Shown: piece by piece, positions 43,662 to 52,576 of the stretch | Layout of the letters: each line of letters begins with the position of its first letter | How positions within the stretch are numbered: position 1 is the first letter of the stretch | DNA from: an uncultured archaeon | GTDB lineage: Archaea; Iainarchaeota; Iainarchaeia; Iainarchaeales; GCA-2688035 | DNA: 64,000 nucleotides | Direction of reading: 5' to 3' | Assembly (NCBI GenBank): GCA_964640195.1 | Contig: CAZXIC010000003.1 | Span: 20,438 to 84,437 of the forward strand | Position numbers and translations under genes: made by a program | The notes under the pieces: model-generated | What the model saw: only the letters and a program-made list of their open reading frames with translations | What the model was told of the DNA's origin: nothing | Databases searched by the model: none

Positions 43662-44172
43662 AGAACAGGAGTTGAAATGATGGAAAAAGCAAGCCAACAC
43701 AGGAGCCAAGTGAGGGAAATGGCTATCCGCCTGCCTGCTGGACAGCATTTTTTTGTCTTCAGGGCGGAACAAAGGAAAAAAGGGGGCTTTTTGAGGTGCC
43801 AGGGCAGGTAATTAAGGGGGCTGGAATTTTGAAGCATAAACTGTCCTATATGGATTCCAGGGGAAAAAATTCGCAGGAAACGCGTTTTGTGGGCTTTCCA
43901 GGGGGATTTGTGTTTAGGCAATTGCCGAAGCGTGTGAAAAAAAGAGAAAAAGTGGGGAATTTCATGGGTGTTGAAGAGAGAATATTGAAAAAGCACGGAT
44001 TTCAGTGGTATCTGGATTTGAAGAGGGAAATTCAAGGCAAAAGAGGTGTTTTGTTTGAGTGATTCTTATAATGAACAGCAAAGAATTTGGGAGCGAATGC
44101 AGGAAAAGAAAAAGGCTAAACAAAGGGCTTATTCTGATACATCTGAAGGAAAAATAACAGAAAAGAGGTGAT

Positions 44173-44658
44173 GTGGTGGATAATAAACAAAGGCATGAGT
44201 TGACGGTTGAAGAACGTAGGAGAGGCGGCAGGGCGACTAGTGAAAGAAAGAAGAAAGCAAACGCCGTGCGGGCCCTGAAGCACGGCCGGTATTCGAAGTC
44301 AGAGGTATTGAAGGGCTTTGAGTTCTGCAGCTCCTGCATTTACAGAGATTCGTGCATGGCCTTCAAGCCCGGGCAGGCATGCCCGCTCAGGCTGACGCTT
44401 TTGAAGGAAGTCAACAAGGTGGCTGGCCCTGAAGGCGCGCAGAGCTGGTTGAATGTGCTGCTGAGAGGCATGCAGGACCTGTATGTTCTGTCTAAGACGT
44501 CTGGGGATCCGGCGGCTGCCCTGCAAAAATTCATGCGGTTGTGGATCGAGTTCGGTCGGATAATGTTCCCGCGAAAGATTGAGGTAAGCGGCCAGGACAG
44601 GGAAATCAAGGTAATTTTTGGCGAGGATGATGAGGATGGCGCAGATAGTGAGGATTAG
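44173..44658 (+). CDS. Possible small terminase subunit
   Basis: Basic N-terminus (RRRGGRATSERKKK). Sits immediately upstream of, and overlaps, the large terminase. Call is by position only. Confidence 0.3.
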   Translation: MVDNKQRHELTVEERRRGGRATSERKKKANAVRALKHGRYSKSEVLKGFEFCSSCIYRDSCMAFKPGQACPLRLTLLKEVNKVAGPEGAQSWLNVLLRGMQDLYVLSKTSGDPAAALQKFMRLWIEFGRIMFPRKIEVSGQDREIKVIFGEDDEDGADSED

Positions 44659-45865
44659 GTTCAAGGCCCATGAGAAGCAGCAGCAGGTAATCGATTCCCC
44701 TGCAAGGTTTAGAGTGCTTGCAGCAGGCCGAAGGTTCGGAAAGTCTTACTTGGCTTCTGCCGAGGCCATTCGCTTCGCCCTGAAAAAGAAAAGGCAAACA
44801 GTGTGGTGCGTTTCACCGATTTACGCGCAGACGCGGAAGCTTTGGCGGATCATAATGGAACTGCTTCCGGAGAAATTAATTAGGAACGTGAACAGGAGCG
44901 AGCTTGCGATTGAGTTAGTCAACGGCAGCACGATATGGTTTCGTTCAGCGGACAACCCGGATTCGCTGAGGGGCGAGGGCGTGGACTTTCTGGTGCTCGA
45001 TGAATGCGCCTTGATCAAGCGCGCGGCCTGGGAAGAAGCCTTAAGGCCTTCCTTGAGTGACACCAAGGGAGCGGGCCTTTTTATCAGCACGCCGAAGAGC
45101 TTTAACTGGTTTCATGAACTGTATGCGTCAGCAGCGGAAGAAACCGAAATACAGTCCTGGCGGTTTCCAACATCAGCTTCCCCTTTTGTCGATCCCGAGG
45201 AAATTGAAAAAGCCGAGAAAAGCCTGCCGCAGATTGTTTTCAGGCAGGAGTACCTGGCCGAGTTCATTGATGAGGCTGGCTCTGTTTTTAGGGGAGTGAA
45301 TGGATGCATTAGCGGCGAATTGGAAGAGCCGGAGCAGGGAGCAGAGTATATTTTGGGTGTTGACCTTGCAAAGCATGCGGACTTTACTGTTTTGTGCGTG
45401 TTTCATGCTGAAAGAAAACACCTTGTTGCTTTCCAGCGTTTCAATGAGATTTCCTGGCCGTTTCAAAAGAGCAAAATTGTTGCATTGGCCAAAAAATACA
45501 ATAATGCGAGAATTATTTTGGATTCAAGCGGTGTGGGCGATCCTATTTTTGATGATTTGAGCAACCAGACGGACGTGGAAAGTTTCAAGTTCACTAATGA
45601 AAGCAAGGCCAAGCTCATTGAGTCGCTTTCGATTGCGATAGAGCAAAGACAGCTAACGTTCCCGAATATTCCCGAGCTTGTTAATGAACTACACGCTTTT
45701 GGATTCGAGGTTTTGCCAAGCGGTCGAATGCGTTACTGCGCGCCAGGGCACCTGCATGATGACTGTGTCATCGCGCTTGCTTTGGCCTGGAAGGAATGCA
45801 AGGACTACCGCTATGTTGATCCTGAATATCCTGCCGGGTATCCGATCTATTCCTGGGAGAGCTGA
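44618..45865 (+). CDS. terL: Terminase large subunit
   Basis: Walker A-like AAGRRFGKSY, Walker B DFLVLDECA, nuclease acidic motifs GVDLAKHADFT and HDDCVIALALA. Confidence 0.85.
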   Translation: MARMMRMAQIVRIRFKAHEKQQQVIDSPARFRVLAAGRRFGKSYLASAEAIRFALKKKRQTVWCVSPIYAQTRKLWRIIMELLPEKLIRNVNRSELAIELVNGSTIWFRSADNPDSLRGEGVDFLVLDECALIKRAAWEEALRPSLSDTKGAGLFISTPKSFNWFHELYASAAEETEIQSWRFPTSASPFVDPEEIEKAEKSLPQIVFRQEYLAEFIDEAGSVFRGVNGCISGELEEPEQGAEYILGVDLAKHADFTVLCVFHAERKHLVAFQRFNEISWPFQKSKIVALAKKYNNARIILDSSGVGDPIFDDLSNQTDVESFKFTNESKAKLIESLSIAIEQRQLTFPNIPELVNELHAFGFEVLPSGRMRYCAPGHLHDDCVIALALAWKECKDYRYVDPEYPAGYPIYSWES

Positions 45866-45877
45866 AAGGGGAAAGCC

Positions 45878-46084
45878 ATGAAAGAAGAAACTGACTGGAC
45901 GGATGTGATGCTGTATTTGAGGGAGCAGGTAAACAATCGCAGGATAGAGATTCCCAACGACAAGAAATTAATTGACAGCTTGCTCGCTGTGAAGGCAAAC
46001 CCGGACGGCACGGTAAACACGGCCACAATGAATAGCCGGGTAAGGTCATTGGCACTGGCGATCTGGGCAGGAAGAAAAAAGTAA
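45878..46084 (+). CDS. Hypothetical protein
   Basis: ORF only. Confidence 0.25.
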   Translation: MKEETDWTDVMLYLREQVNNRRIEIPNDKKLIDSLLAVKANPDGTVNTATMNSRVRSLALAIWAGRKK

Positions 46085-46346
46085 AGTAAAAAAACCCTGA
46101 GGAAATTCGGCAGGAGCATGGCTGCAATCAGGAGCAACTACTGTTAAGCTGCTTAACAGTAGTCATAAGACAGGAATAAGAAAAAAAGGAGTAAGTGGTT
46201 CAGCAGAACCTTTGCCTGATTCTTCTCGGAGTATTGCTAAGTTTTTGAGCAAAAAAGGCGCGGCAATCAAAGGTGCCACCGAAAAGTATATTAATGATGG
46301 GATACATATTGGGATACAGAAGAATGTTTTTGGGGGAGTGATTTTT

Positions 46347-46652
46347 ATGCCGAAAAAAACTTTTGAACAACACATGGGGGAAGTCAATGCCCTCCCTGAA
46401 GAAGAAAGGGAGCAGGAGCTTCGGATCAGAGTCGACCAGGCAGTCATTGACAAGCTCAAGGAATTCAAGAAAGAGCTGGACGCGCCAAGCTATAACAGCG
46501 CGCTGAGGAAATTGCTGGGCGTGAAGGAGAACGAGCCGGTGGTTGAAAAAGCCATCGCCAGGATCCAGGAGAACATCGACAAGGAAAAAAAGATTAGAAA
46601 GCTTAACAAGAAGCTACAAGCAGAGATAAAGAAAAAGCAAGGGGGAAATTGA
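46347..46652 (+). CDS. Hypothetical protein, possible RHH fold
   Basis: IRVDQAVIDKLKEFKKELDAPSYNSALRKLL. Start set at the ATG at 46347. Confidence 0.3.
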   Translation: MPKKTFEQHMGEVNALPEEEREQELRIRVDQAVIDKLKEFKKELDAPSYNSALRKLLGVKENEPVVEKAIARIQENIDKEKKIRKLNKKLQAEIKKKQGGN

Positions 46653-46653
46653 A

Positions 46654-47241
46654 ATGAATAGTTTTGAAGAACTTGAAGAAGCACTGCTGGAGTCAGACAG
46701 GTGGGTTGATGCCAGCAGGAGAACTGATTCCAGCGACGCCAGCGTTTACGAGCAGGCAGCCCAGAGGATTCATGACCTGAACGAGGTCAAGGTGGAACAA
46801 GAGCAGAGGTTTACCGAACTGAAAGAAAAAGTAGAGAAGAAAAAACTCGCGGACACCAAGGAAAAGCTGCTGAAGGAAAAAGAGGAGCTGAAGAAAAAGA
46901 TTGCCGACCAAAAGGCAATGAACGCCGAGCTTGACAGGCAGGCAGCATCATTGAGAGAAACGTTGCAAGATTCAAAGAGGCACGGGCGAAAACTGTTTGC
47001 GGACGCGGACCTGGAAATAGATAAGCTGAAAGAGGCCAGGATGAACATTTTCCAAAAAGCGCACTCTTTGCCGGAAGACAAGATTTCATCAACTGAATTA
47101 GTAGAAAAAAAGAGCTCGGTTGTAAGCGATACTGCTCCAAGCAGAAAAGTATTGTGCTACGATGGCTTGGACCCAATCATCGACGAATTGAAACAGAGGC
47201 GCATGAGGATTTTCCAGGACGCTCGAAGAGGTGGCAACTGA
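46654..47241 (+). CDS. Coiled-coil protein (scaffold-like by position)
   Basis: E/K-rich heptads. TGATG overlap with the next gene. Confidence 0.35.
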   Translation: MNSFEELEEALLESDRWVDASRRTDSSDASVYEQAAQRIHDLNEVKVEQEQRFTELKEKVEKKKLADTKEKLLKEKEELKKKIADQKAMNAELDRQAASLRETLQDSKRHGRKLFADADLEIDKLKEARMNIFQKAHSLPEDKISSTELVEKKSSVVSDTAPSRKVLCYDGLDPIIDELKQRRMRIFQDARRGGN

Positions 47242-47672
47242 TGCATGACAAATTCGATTTGAACCCTAGCAACGATGAGAACGAAAAAGTGGCTGTTCCC
47301 TCTTTCAAGATGCAAGCCGAGGAAAACATCCCATTCGGCAAGCTTGTTTCGAGAGGAGAAGGGGAAACAGTAAAATTAACAAGCAGCAATGATGACAAGG
47401 CGCTGGGTGTTGCCGCCCAGTACGCAGCAACCCGGGTAGACAAGCCAACAGGATACAACAAAGATGAAAATGTTATTGTGAAGGCCCTGCTCCCTGGGAA
47501 AATCTATCTCTTGTGCGCTACTGCTGAAGTTGAAAATAACAAGTACGTGTGCTGTTCGGCTGACGGTAACATTGAAAAAATCGAGCCAAGCGCAGAGAGC
47601 AGCCACAAAATAATCGGGATTGCCCTGCAGCATATCGGGGCCGGTGGTTGGGGAAAGGTTCTCATAAAATAG
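47241..47672 (+). CDS. DUF2190-like (head-decoration-type) protein
   Basis: ALGVAAQYA...VIVKALLPGKIYLL...IIGIALQHIGAGGWGKVLI resembles the DUF2190 beta pattern. Confidence 0.4.
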   Translation: MHDKFDLNPSNDENEKVAVPSFKMQAEENIPFGKLVSRGEGETVKLTSSNDDKALGVAAQYAATRVDKPTGYNKDENVIVKALLPGKIYLLCATAEVENNKYVCCSADGNIEKIEPSAESSHKIIGIALQHIGAGGWGKVLIK

Positions 47673-47742
47673 CGGGATGTCTTGGGAGCTTAATAAAGTT
47701 GATTCCATCCATAAGCATGGCTCCCAAGGTAACAGCAAAATG

Positions 47743-48000
47743 CTACTTGCTTTTCTCCAAGGCAGTCGCTATTTCTTTCCCCAGTCTTGTTCTACGATAA
47801 ATTTTTCCAACCCTTGCCTTTGGGTTAATGCATTTAACGAGTTTCTGTTTTCGCAGTTCTGTCAGGGCATGGCTTACGTTTGACAGGCTTGTTTCTGTCT
47901 TCTCGCTGATTTGCGTCGGTGTCATCGGGCCGGAGATGACAAGCAACACACGCTTTCTGTTCAGGCCGCTGACCACAAACGAAAATTTGTCCCAATCCAT
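47743..48000 (-). CDS. ArsR-like small wHTH regulator
   Basis: RKRVLLVISGPMTPTQISEKTETSLSNVSHALTELRKQKLV. Confidence 0.6.
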   Translation of the reverse strand: MDWDKFSFVVSGLNRKRVLLVISGPMTPTQISEKTETSLSNVSHALTELRKQKLVKCINPKARVGKIYRRTRLGKEIATALEKSK

Positions 48001-48094
48001 GAATTAATGGGAAAACAGCGAATATATACCATCTATTATAAATCGCCTATGAATCAGCTATAGATATTAAAAACACTTTCAAAATAGATATATA

Positions 48095-48207
48095 TGTGGG
48101 TGACGTCTTCTCCACGCAAAGAAAACCTCCTGGTAAAAAAGGTTTTGCGAAAGCAGAACCGAGCCTTGCCGGATCGTTAGGCTTTGCGTTGAGAGTTTCC
48201 ACCCACA
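48095..48207 (+). ncRNA. Candidate structured ncRNA (closed three-way-junction-like fold), class unknown
   Basis: An 8-bp closing helix (tgtgggtg / cacccaca) encloses hairpins cgcaaagaaaacc...ggttttgcg and gagcct...aggctt. A/T-rich TATA-like boxes lie at about 48063-48073 and 48085-48095. ttttatt follows directly. Confidence 0.3.
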
Positions 48208-48284
48208 CATTTTATTACGGGCCTTTTCCAAAAAGAATAAAGAAACAACCCACGCTACAAATATAAGAGGGCATAGGCGGTTGA

Positions 48285-48701
48285 ATGATGCTTGGGAAAA
48301 AATCCGTGGCGGTACTTGATGAAAAGCTTTCCACAGGAGTAGCATTTAATACGCTGGCGCACATGGCCTTGTCGTTGGGAAAAAACTCGGATGGCCTGAT
48401 AGCAAAAGTGGAAATAAGGGACGCATCCGGCACGACCCATAAAGGCCTTTCCGAATACCCGTTTATCATACTCAAGGCAGATTCTGGCAGAATAAGAAAG
48501 ATTGTAAGCGGAGCCAAGAAAAACGACAGATTGACAGTGGTTGATTTCCCCAAGCAGGCGTACACGGAATATGCTGATGAAGACTTTCAAAAAGCCGTTT
48601 CAAAAGCAAAGGAAGAGAATCTGGTTTATTACGGCATGGCCCTCTTCGGACCGGTTGAAGAAATAAACCGGCTAACCAAGGACCTGCCTCTGTGGAAATG
48701 A
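48285..48701 (+). CDS. DUF2000-family protein
   Basis: KSVAVLDEKLSTGVAFNTLAHMALSLG...YPFIILKADS...VVDFPKQA...YYGMALFGPVEEINRLTKDLPLW. Confidence 0.6.
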   Translation: MMLGKKSVAVLDEKLSTGVAFNTLAHMALSLGKNSDGLIAKVEIRDASGTTHKGLSEYPFIILKADSGRIRKIVSGAKKNDRLTVVDFPKQAYTEYADEDFQKAVSKAKEENLVYYGMALFGPVEEINRLTKDLPLWK

Positions 48702-48711
48702 ATAGTGCCCC

Positions 48712-48852
48712 CTAAAGCTTCACGCCGTTTTCCTCGCACAGCCTCTTCAGGTGGGCGATCTCCGACTGAAGCTTGTCGGTGTACTCTGTAAGCCAGTCAA
48801 TCCTTTCTCCCCTGCGCTTGCACTCTGGGCAATTATAAATATGCTCGTTCAT
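48712..48852 (-). CDS. Unlisted 46-aa ORF with a CPxC
   Basis: MNEHIYNCPECKRRGERIDWLTEYTDKLQSEIAHLKRLCEENGVKL. Confidence 0.2.
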   Translation of the reverse strand: MNEHIYNCPECKRRGERIDWLTEYTDKLQSEIAHLKRLCEENGVKL

Positions 48853-48876
48853 TAAAGATTTATTCCAAGAAAACAG

Positions 48877-49431
48877 TTAAAATAAAAGCGGAATTTTTGA
48901 TGGCTTAGTAGAAATTATTATTTCATATATCTTTGTAAAATTTTCTTTAAATTTTTTGTAATTTCTACTGTCATGAGCTTTTGCTGCCTTAACCATATAG
49001 TAGGTGCACTGAACAGCTTTCAAAAAATTATAATTTAATTTTTGCATCCAATTCCAGAATATCACAAACAAAGCGTTTAATTTTTTTCCGTGCCTCCAGT
49101 TATAAACAATTTCAACTAATAAAATAGTATCATATTTCGCTTTTAAAAGTTTGTTAAGTCCTTTTGCTAATGCTTTGGATTTATTATAGTAACTGTTCTC
49201 TTTAGGATAATCCTTCTTTTCATAAAACTGTTGAGCCAAATCGTAATTTATGTAAATTTCTTTTATACGTTTTGCCCCTTGTGTTGCAATTTTTTTATCA
49301 TAACCCATTTCCTGGATTAAGTTTTCCGTGTTTTTCTGCATTCCATTGTAGTCTGCATTATCATGAAAAATCATTATATTATCCGAAAGCAGTTTTCCTA
49401 ATTTATTTGCGTTATAGGTAAGCATAAGCAT
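48877..49431 (-). CDS. Hypothetical alpha-helical protein (last gene of the UppS-V4R operon)
   Basis: AT-rich ORF, 3-nt gap to the V4R gene. No motif recognised. Confidence 0.4.
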   Translation of the reverse strand: MLMLTYNANKLGKLLSDNIMIFHDNADYNGMQKNTENLIQEMGYDKKIATQGAKRIKEIYINYDLAQQFYEKKDYPKENSYYNKSKALAKGLNKLLKAKYDTILLVEIVYNWRHGKKLNALFVIFWNWMQKLNYNFLKAVQCTYYMVKAAKAHDSRNYKKFKENFTKIYEIIISTKPSKIPLLF

Positions 49432-49434
49432 AAA

Positions 49435-49998
49435 TTATTTTTCTAAAATCTGATATTTGAATTCTTTATAATTTTCTAACATGTATTTTCTGGGGCCAAA
49501 AACAAGCTCACATTCTTTTGCTCCCTGAGTAACACATTTGGTTTCAACCCAATCAATATCTTCTTCAAAAACAGCAGTAGCCCCTCCTGCATATAATGCC
49601 CTACAAAAATGCTCAACAGGTTTATCGGTTTTACTCCTAAAGAATTTGCCCATTGGGGCATTTTCAATATGAAATGTGCCGCTATGATTATACGAATCAA
49701 AGTCAACTAATTTATTTTTTCCCCAGCCGCTAGCTGTTGCAGTGTCTATAAGCCAATGAATATAATTTCTTGGCTCAAAGCCGTACTTGTTTCTTACAGA
49801 TGTTGCCCATTCTTTGTGAAACGATGTTCTAATATCTTCATAAATTTTTGGAATGAGTTTTTCATCTTGAACCATAGATTTTGTAAGGCTTATGAGTATT
49901 TCCTGGGGAATTATTAAAGCTCTCTGACCCATTAGGACTATTTCTCCATCAGAAAATGCCAATTGCTTTACCGTCAATAATTTATCAAATATGCTCAT
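49435..49998 (-). CDS. V4R-domain protein
   Basis: ATASGWGKNKLVDFD...IDWVETKCVTQGAKECELVFG. Start at the ATG at 49998, overlapping the uppS stop (ATGA). Confidence 0.7.
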   Translation of the reverse strand: MSIFDKLLTVKQLAFSDGEIVLMGQRALIIPQEILISLTKSMVQDEKLIPKIYEDIRTSFHKEWATSVRNKYGFEPRNYIHWLIDTATASGWGKNKLVDFDSYNHSGTFHIENAPMGKFFRSKTDKPVEHFCRALYAGGATAVFEEDIDWVETKCVTQGAKECELVFGPRKYMLENYKEFKYQILEK

Positions 49999-50669
49999 TT
50001 TCCTAACCTTCTGTCCCGGCTGTAGTATTCCATCAGGATGTTGTCCAGTTTTTCTTTGTCCAGGTCCGGGTAATAGTAGTCGGTGAACACGAATTCCGCA
50101 TATGCCGTTTGGTAGAGGGGGCAAGTGGAAAACCTTTTCTCATAGCCTGTTCTGATTACCAGATCAATAGGCGTTTTTATTTCCAAGTATTTGTAAAAAT
50201 CCTCTGGGTTCTTGAGTGTTTCGCCCTTCATTTTTTCTGTTGCCTTCATGATCTCCCACTGGCCATTATAAGCAGCCAGCAGGTTGCATTGCGGCCCATT
50301 GTTCTGCTTTGTTGCCCCTTCCAGGTTTTTCATTGCATTCAGGTATTCCTTTGGCAGCAGTTCCCTGTCACCGGCAAAATTGAATCTTATTTTTGCTTCC
50401 CTAAACTCCTTGTTTTTTGCCCACTCGTTATAGAGTTCTATCTGTGCATGGAATATGTCTTCCAGGGACTCCTTTTTCCTTTTCAGGACATTGTTCCTGG
50501 AGATAGCAAAAATAGATAATTCTTTCACGTTTTTGTCAATTAAAAAATATTTTACTAGCTGCGTTGTTATGTGGTCTGAAATGAATTTGTAGACCACTTT
50601 TGCATCTATGTTTTTGGCCTTTGCATACCTTCTGTTCCCGTCAGGGATGACCAAAACATGCTTAAGCAT
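49995..50669 (-). CDS. uppS: cis-Prenyltransferase (undecaprenyl/dehydrodolichyl diphosphate synthase family)
   Basis: VLVIPDGNRRYAK, IFAISRNN, DLVIRTGYEKRFS. Confidence 0.85.
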   Translation of the reverse strand: MLKHVLVIPDGNRRYAKAKNIDAKVVYKFISDHITTQLVKYFLIDKNVKELSIFAISRNNVLKRKKESLEDIFHAQIELYNEWAKNKEFREAKIRFNFAGDRELLPKEYLNAMKNLEGATKQNNGPQCNLLAAYNGQWEIMKATEKMKGETLKNPEDFYKYLEIKTPIDLVIRTGYEKRFSTCPLYQTAYAEFVFTDYYYPDLDKEKLDNILMEYYSRDRRLGK

Positions 50670-50764
50670 TTTAACAGCCTGCCTTTAATATATACTCTTA
50701 AATATATTTATTTAAGCACCTTAAAAAGGTTCTGGAAAGCCCTAATTCGCGAAGCAGAGGCTGT

Positions 50765-51706
50765 TTAATCGAATTGCCCTAGTTTTTCTTTCTTGGCTTT
50801 CTTGAGCGGGTCTTCTGTTATTTCTATTCCGTTTTTCCCTATTTTAAACAGTATGAAGTCTTTAACGTGATTGCTCTCCCTCAGCTTTCTTATCTTGATG
50901 CTTCTGAAGTCCTCGACTCCCATTCCAACATGGTACAAAACAATTACTCCGTCTGTCATGAAGTCTGAAACGCCGTCCCTGCTTAACGCTTCCGAATCCT
51001 CGGGCTGCTCGCTTATCAGGAAGGATGTCATTTTCTGGCTTCCAAACGCTGCTAGGATTCTTCTGATTTCTTTTCTTTTCAGCCTTTCCTCGGACTTCGG
51101 CACAAGACTTAACCCTTCCTGGATTTCTGCAATGTCATAGGGCATGTCGTAGGTTATCTGATCAAGTATTTCAGTTGCCATCGCATCCAGGGAGTCAACC
51201 GCAACAATGTCCGCGGAATTATGCTCAACCATTTCAAGAAGCTGGTCGACAACGGGAGTGCACTGCGATTTAATTGCCTTTATCTCTTCCCTGATTTTTG
51301 TTTCCTTTTCCAGAACCTTTGATTTTTTTTCTGGGGAAGTGTATTTCAGGTTTCCGAGGTCCTCCAAGGTTTTATTCATTTTCATTATCTGCTCTCTTCT
51401 CAGAATGTCGTCCTTGTACAGGTCAAGGTACACCAAATGCAGATGCTGGGTCTTGTTAAAGTTTATCCCGTATTGCGCCATCTGCCTAGTCATCTTCCAG
51501 TCAGGCTGCTCCAGTGAAATGTAAACGCAGTTCTTTTTTTCATTCAAGGAATTATGATTTAATATCTGCGACACAAAAGTCGTTTTGCATGTTCCGGTTT
51601 TTCCTGCCACAAGGATTGAATCGCCGCTGGGTATGCCTCCGCCCAGTGCTTCATCAAAGATGCTTTTCCCGCTTACATCCTTTATTCCAGTAAGTATCCT
51701 GTCCAA
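50765..51706 (-). CDS. KaiC-like ATPase with a ~60-aa charged insertion
   Basis: GGGIPSGDSILVAGKTGTCKTTFVSQIL, IVAVDSLD, FMTDGVIVLY. Coiled-coil insert (EKKSKVLEKETKIREEIKAIK). Confidence 0.75.
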   Translation of the reverse strand: MDRILTGIKDVSGKSIFDEALGGGIPSGDSILVAGKTGTCKTTFVSQILNHNSLNEKKNCVYISLEQPDWKMTRQMAQYGINFNKTQHLHLVYLDLYKDDILRREQIMKMNKTLEDLGNLKYTSPEKKSKVLEKETKIREEIKAIKSQCTPVVDQLLEMVEHNSADIVAVDSLDAMATEILDQITYDMPYDIAEIQEGLSLVPKSEERLKRKEIRRILAAFGSQKMTSFLISEQPEDSEALSRDGVSDFMTDGVIVLYHVGMGVEDFRSIKIRKLRESNHVKDFILFKIGKNGIEITEDPLKKAKKEKLGQFD

Positions 51707-51786
51707 ATTTCACACCTTTTACAGTAAAGTATTTATATAAAGATATTTATATGTTTTTCTATTATATTAAGTTATTGGGGCTTTAG

Positions 51787-52179
51787 ATGGCAAAAAAGAG
51801 CATAAAGGCGGAATGGGAAGAATTAAGCAAGGGCATAACAGAGCCGGCCAGAAGAGTCAGGCGGCTGTATATTATTAGGGACTTTTATACGCATGATGAT
51901 ATTTTCAAGCGGCAGTTCGATGACATTTACAAGCTGGCTGCGGCAAAGGAATGGAAGGCGGAGAAAAGGGACAAGAAGATTGATGAGCTGCTGGATGAAG
52001 CAATCCTGCGGAGAACCATGCTCAGCTTTGAGTCAATGAAAAAGAACTATGAGGCAAGGAAAAGGGAGTTTGAGAAAATTGAAAAGGTATTAGGGCCGTT
52101 TATTGCAAAGAGCAGGAAGAAAAGGGAAAAAGAGCTGGAAAAGAAAAAGAAGGAGCTAAGGGACGTATTCCAGTCCTGA
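51787..52179 (+). CDS. Hypothetical K/E-rich helical protein
   Basis: ORF divergent from the KaiC-like gene. No motif recognised. Confidence 0.35.
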   Translation: MAKKSIKAEWEELSKGITEPARRVRRLYIIRDFYTHDDIFKRQFDDIYKLAAAKEWKAEKRDKKIDELLDEAILRRTMLSFESMKKNYEARKREFEKIEKVLGPFIAKSRKKREKELEKKKKELRDVFQS

Positions 52180-52576
52180 ATTCTGATTGTTGGATGGCAA
52201 CAAAAATAGAATGGAAATATTTAATCGTCTAATACACTATTCTTCGGGGAAATTTTTATAAGCATCCAGAAAGCGGGAAAATAAGGGATATTGCTCGCTA
52301 AAAGAAAAGCTATAAAAAAAGGTTTTGAGCTATTGCAGATATGACTGTATGCTACCCGCAGTTCATTCTGCCAAAATTTCTAGTGCTGTATGTTCCGCTG
52401 CTGTTTGTGCATTCAGCAGCTTTGGTTCTCGCAAAAAGGAAGGGCTTTTTCAAAAGCAGAAAGCAACTAGTTTTACTTAATACAGTTATTTTTATTCTCT
52501 ATACAATTGCGGCCTACTTTTTTTCCTTTGGAATAAATGAATTTGGAGTAATCAACTGCATCGGCGATTGATTAAT

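Larger units (their letters stand above)
39697..48000. mobile_element. Integrase-led integrated element / defective provirus (boundaries approximate)
   Basis: Tyrosine integrase, wHTH genes, MCM-like AAA+, iteron cluster, small and large terminase, DUF2190-like gene. No att repeats identified. Confidence 0.55.

Noticed and set aside
45878-46084. Considered as a possible portal fragment after terL
   Set aside because: It is only 68 aa and has no portal-like features. There is too little sequence for any call.
48095-48207. Possibility that the structured region is a 5S rRNA or a tRNA-like att fragment
   Set aside because: It has a three-way-junction shape and about the right length. However, the conserved 5S loop sequences (CCGAAC-type loop C, loop E GAGAGUA-like) and the tRNA T-loop GGTTCGAAT are absent. 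It is kept only as an unclassified ncRNA candidate.
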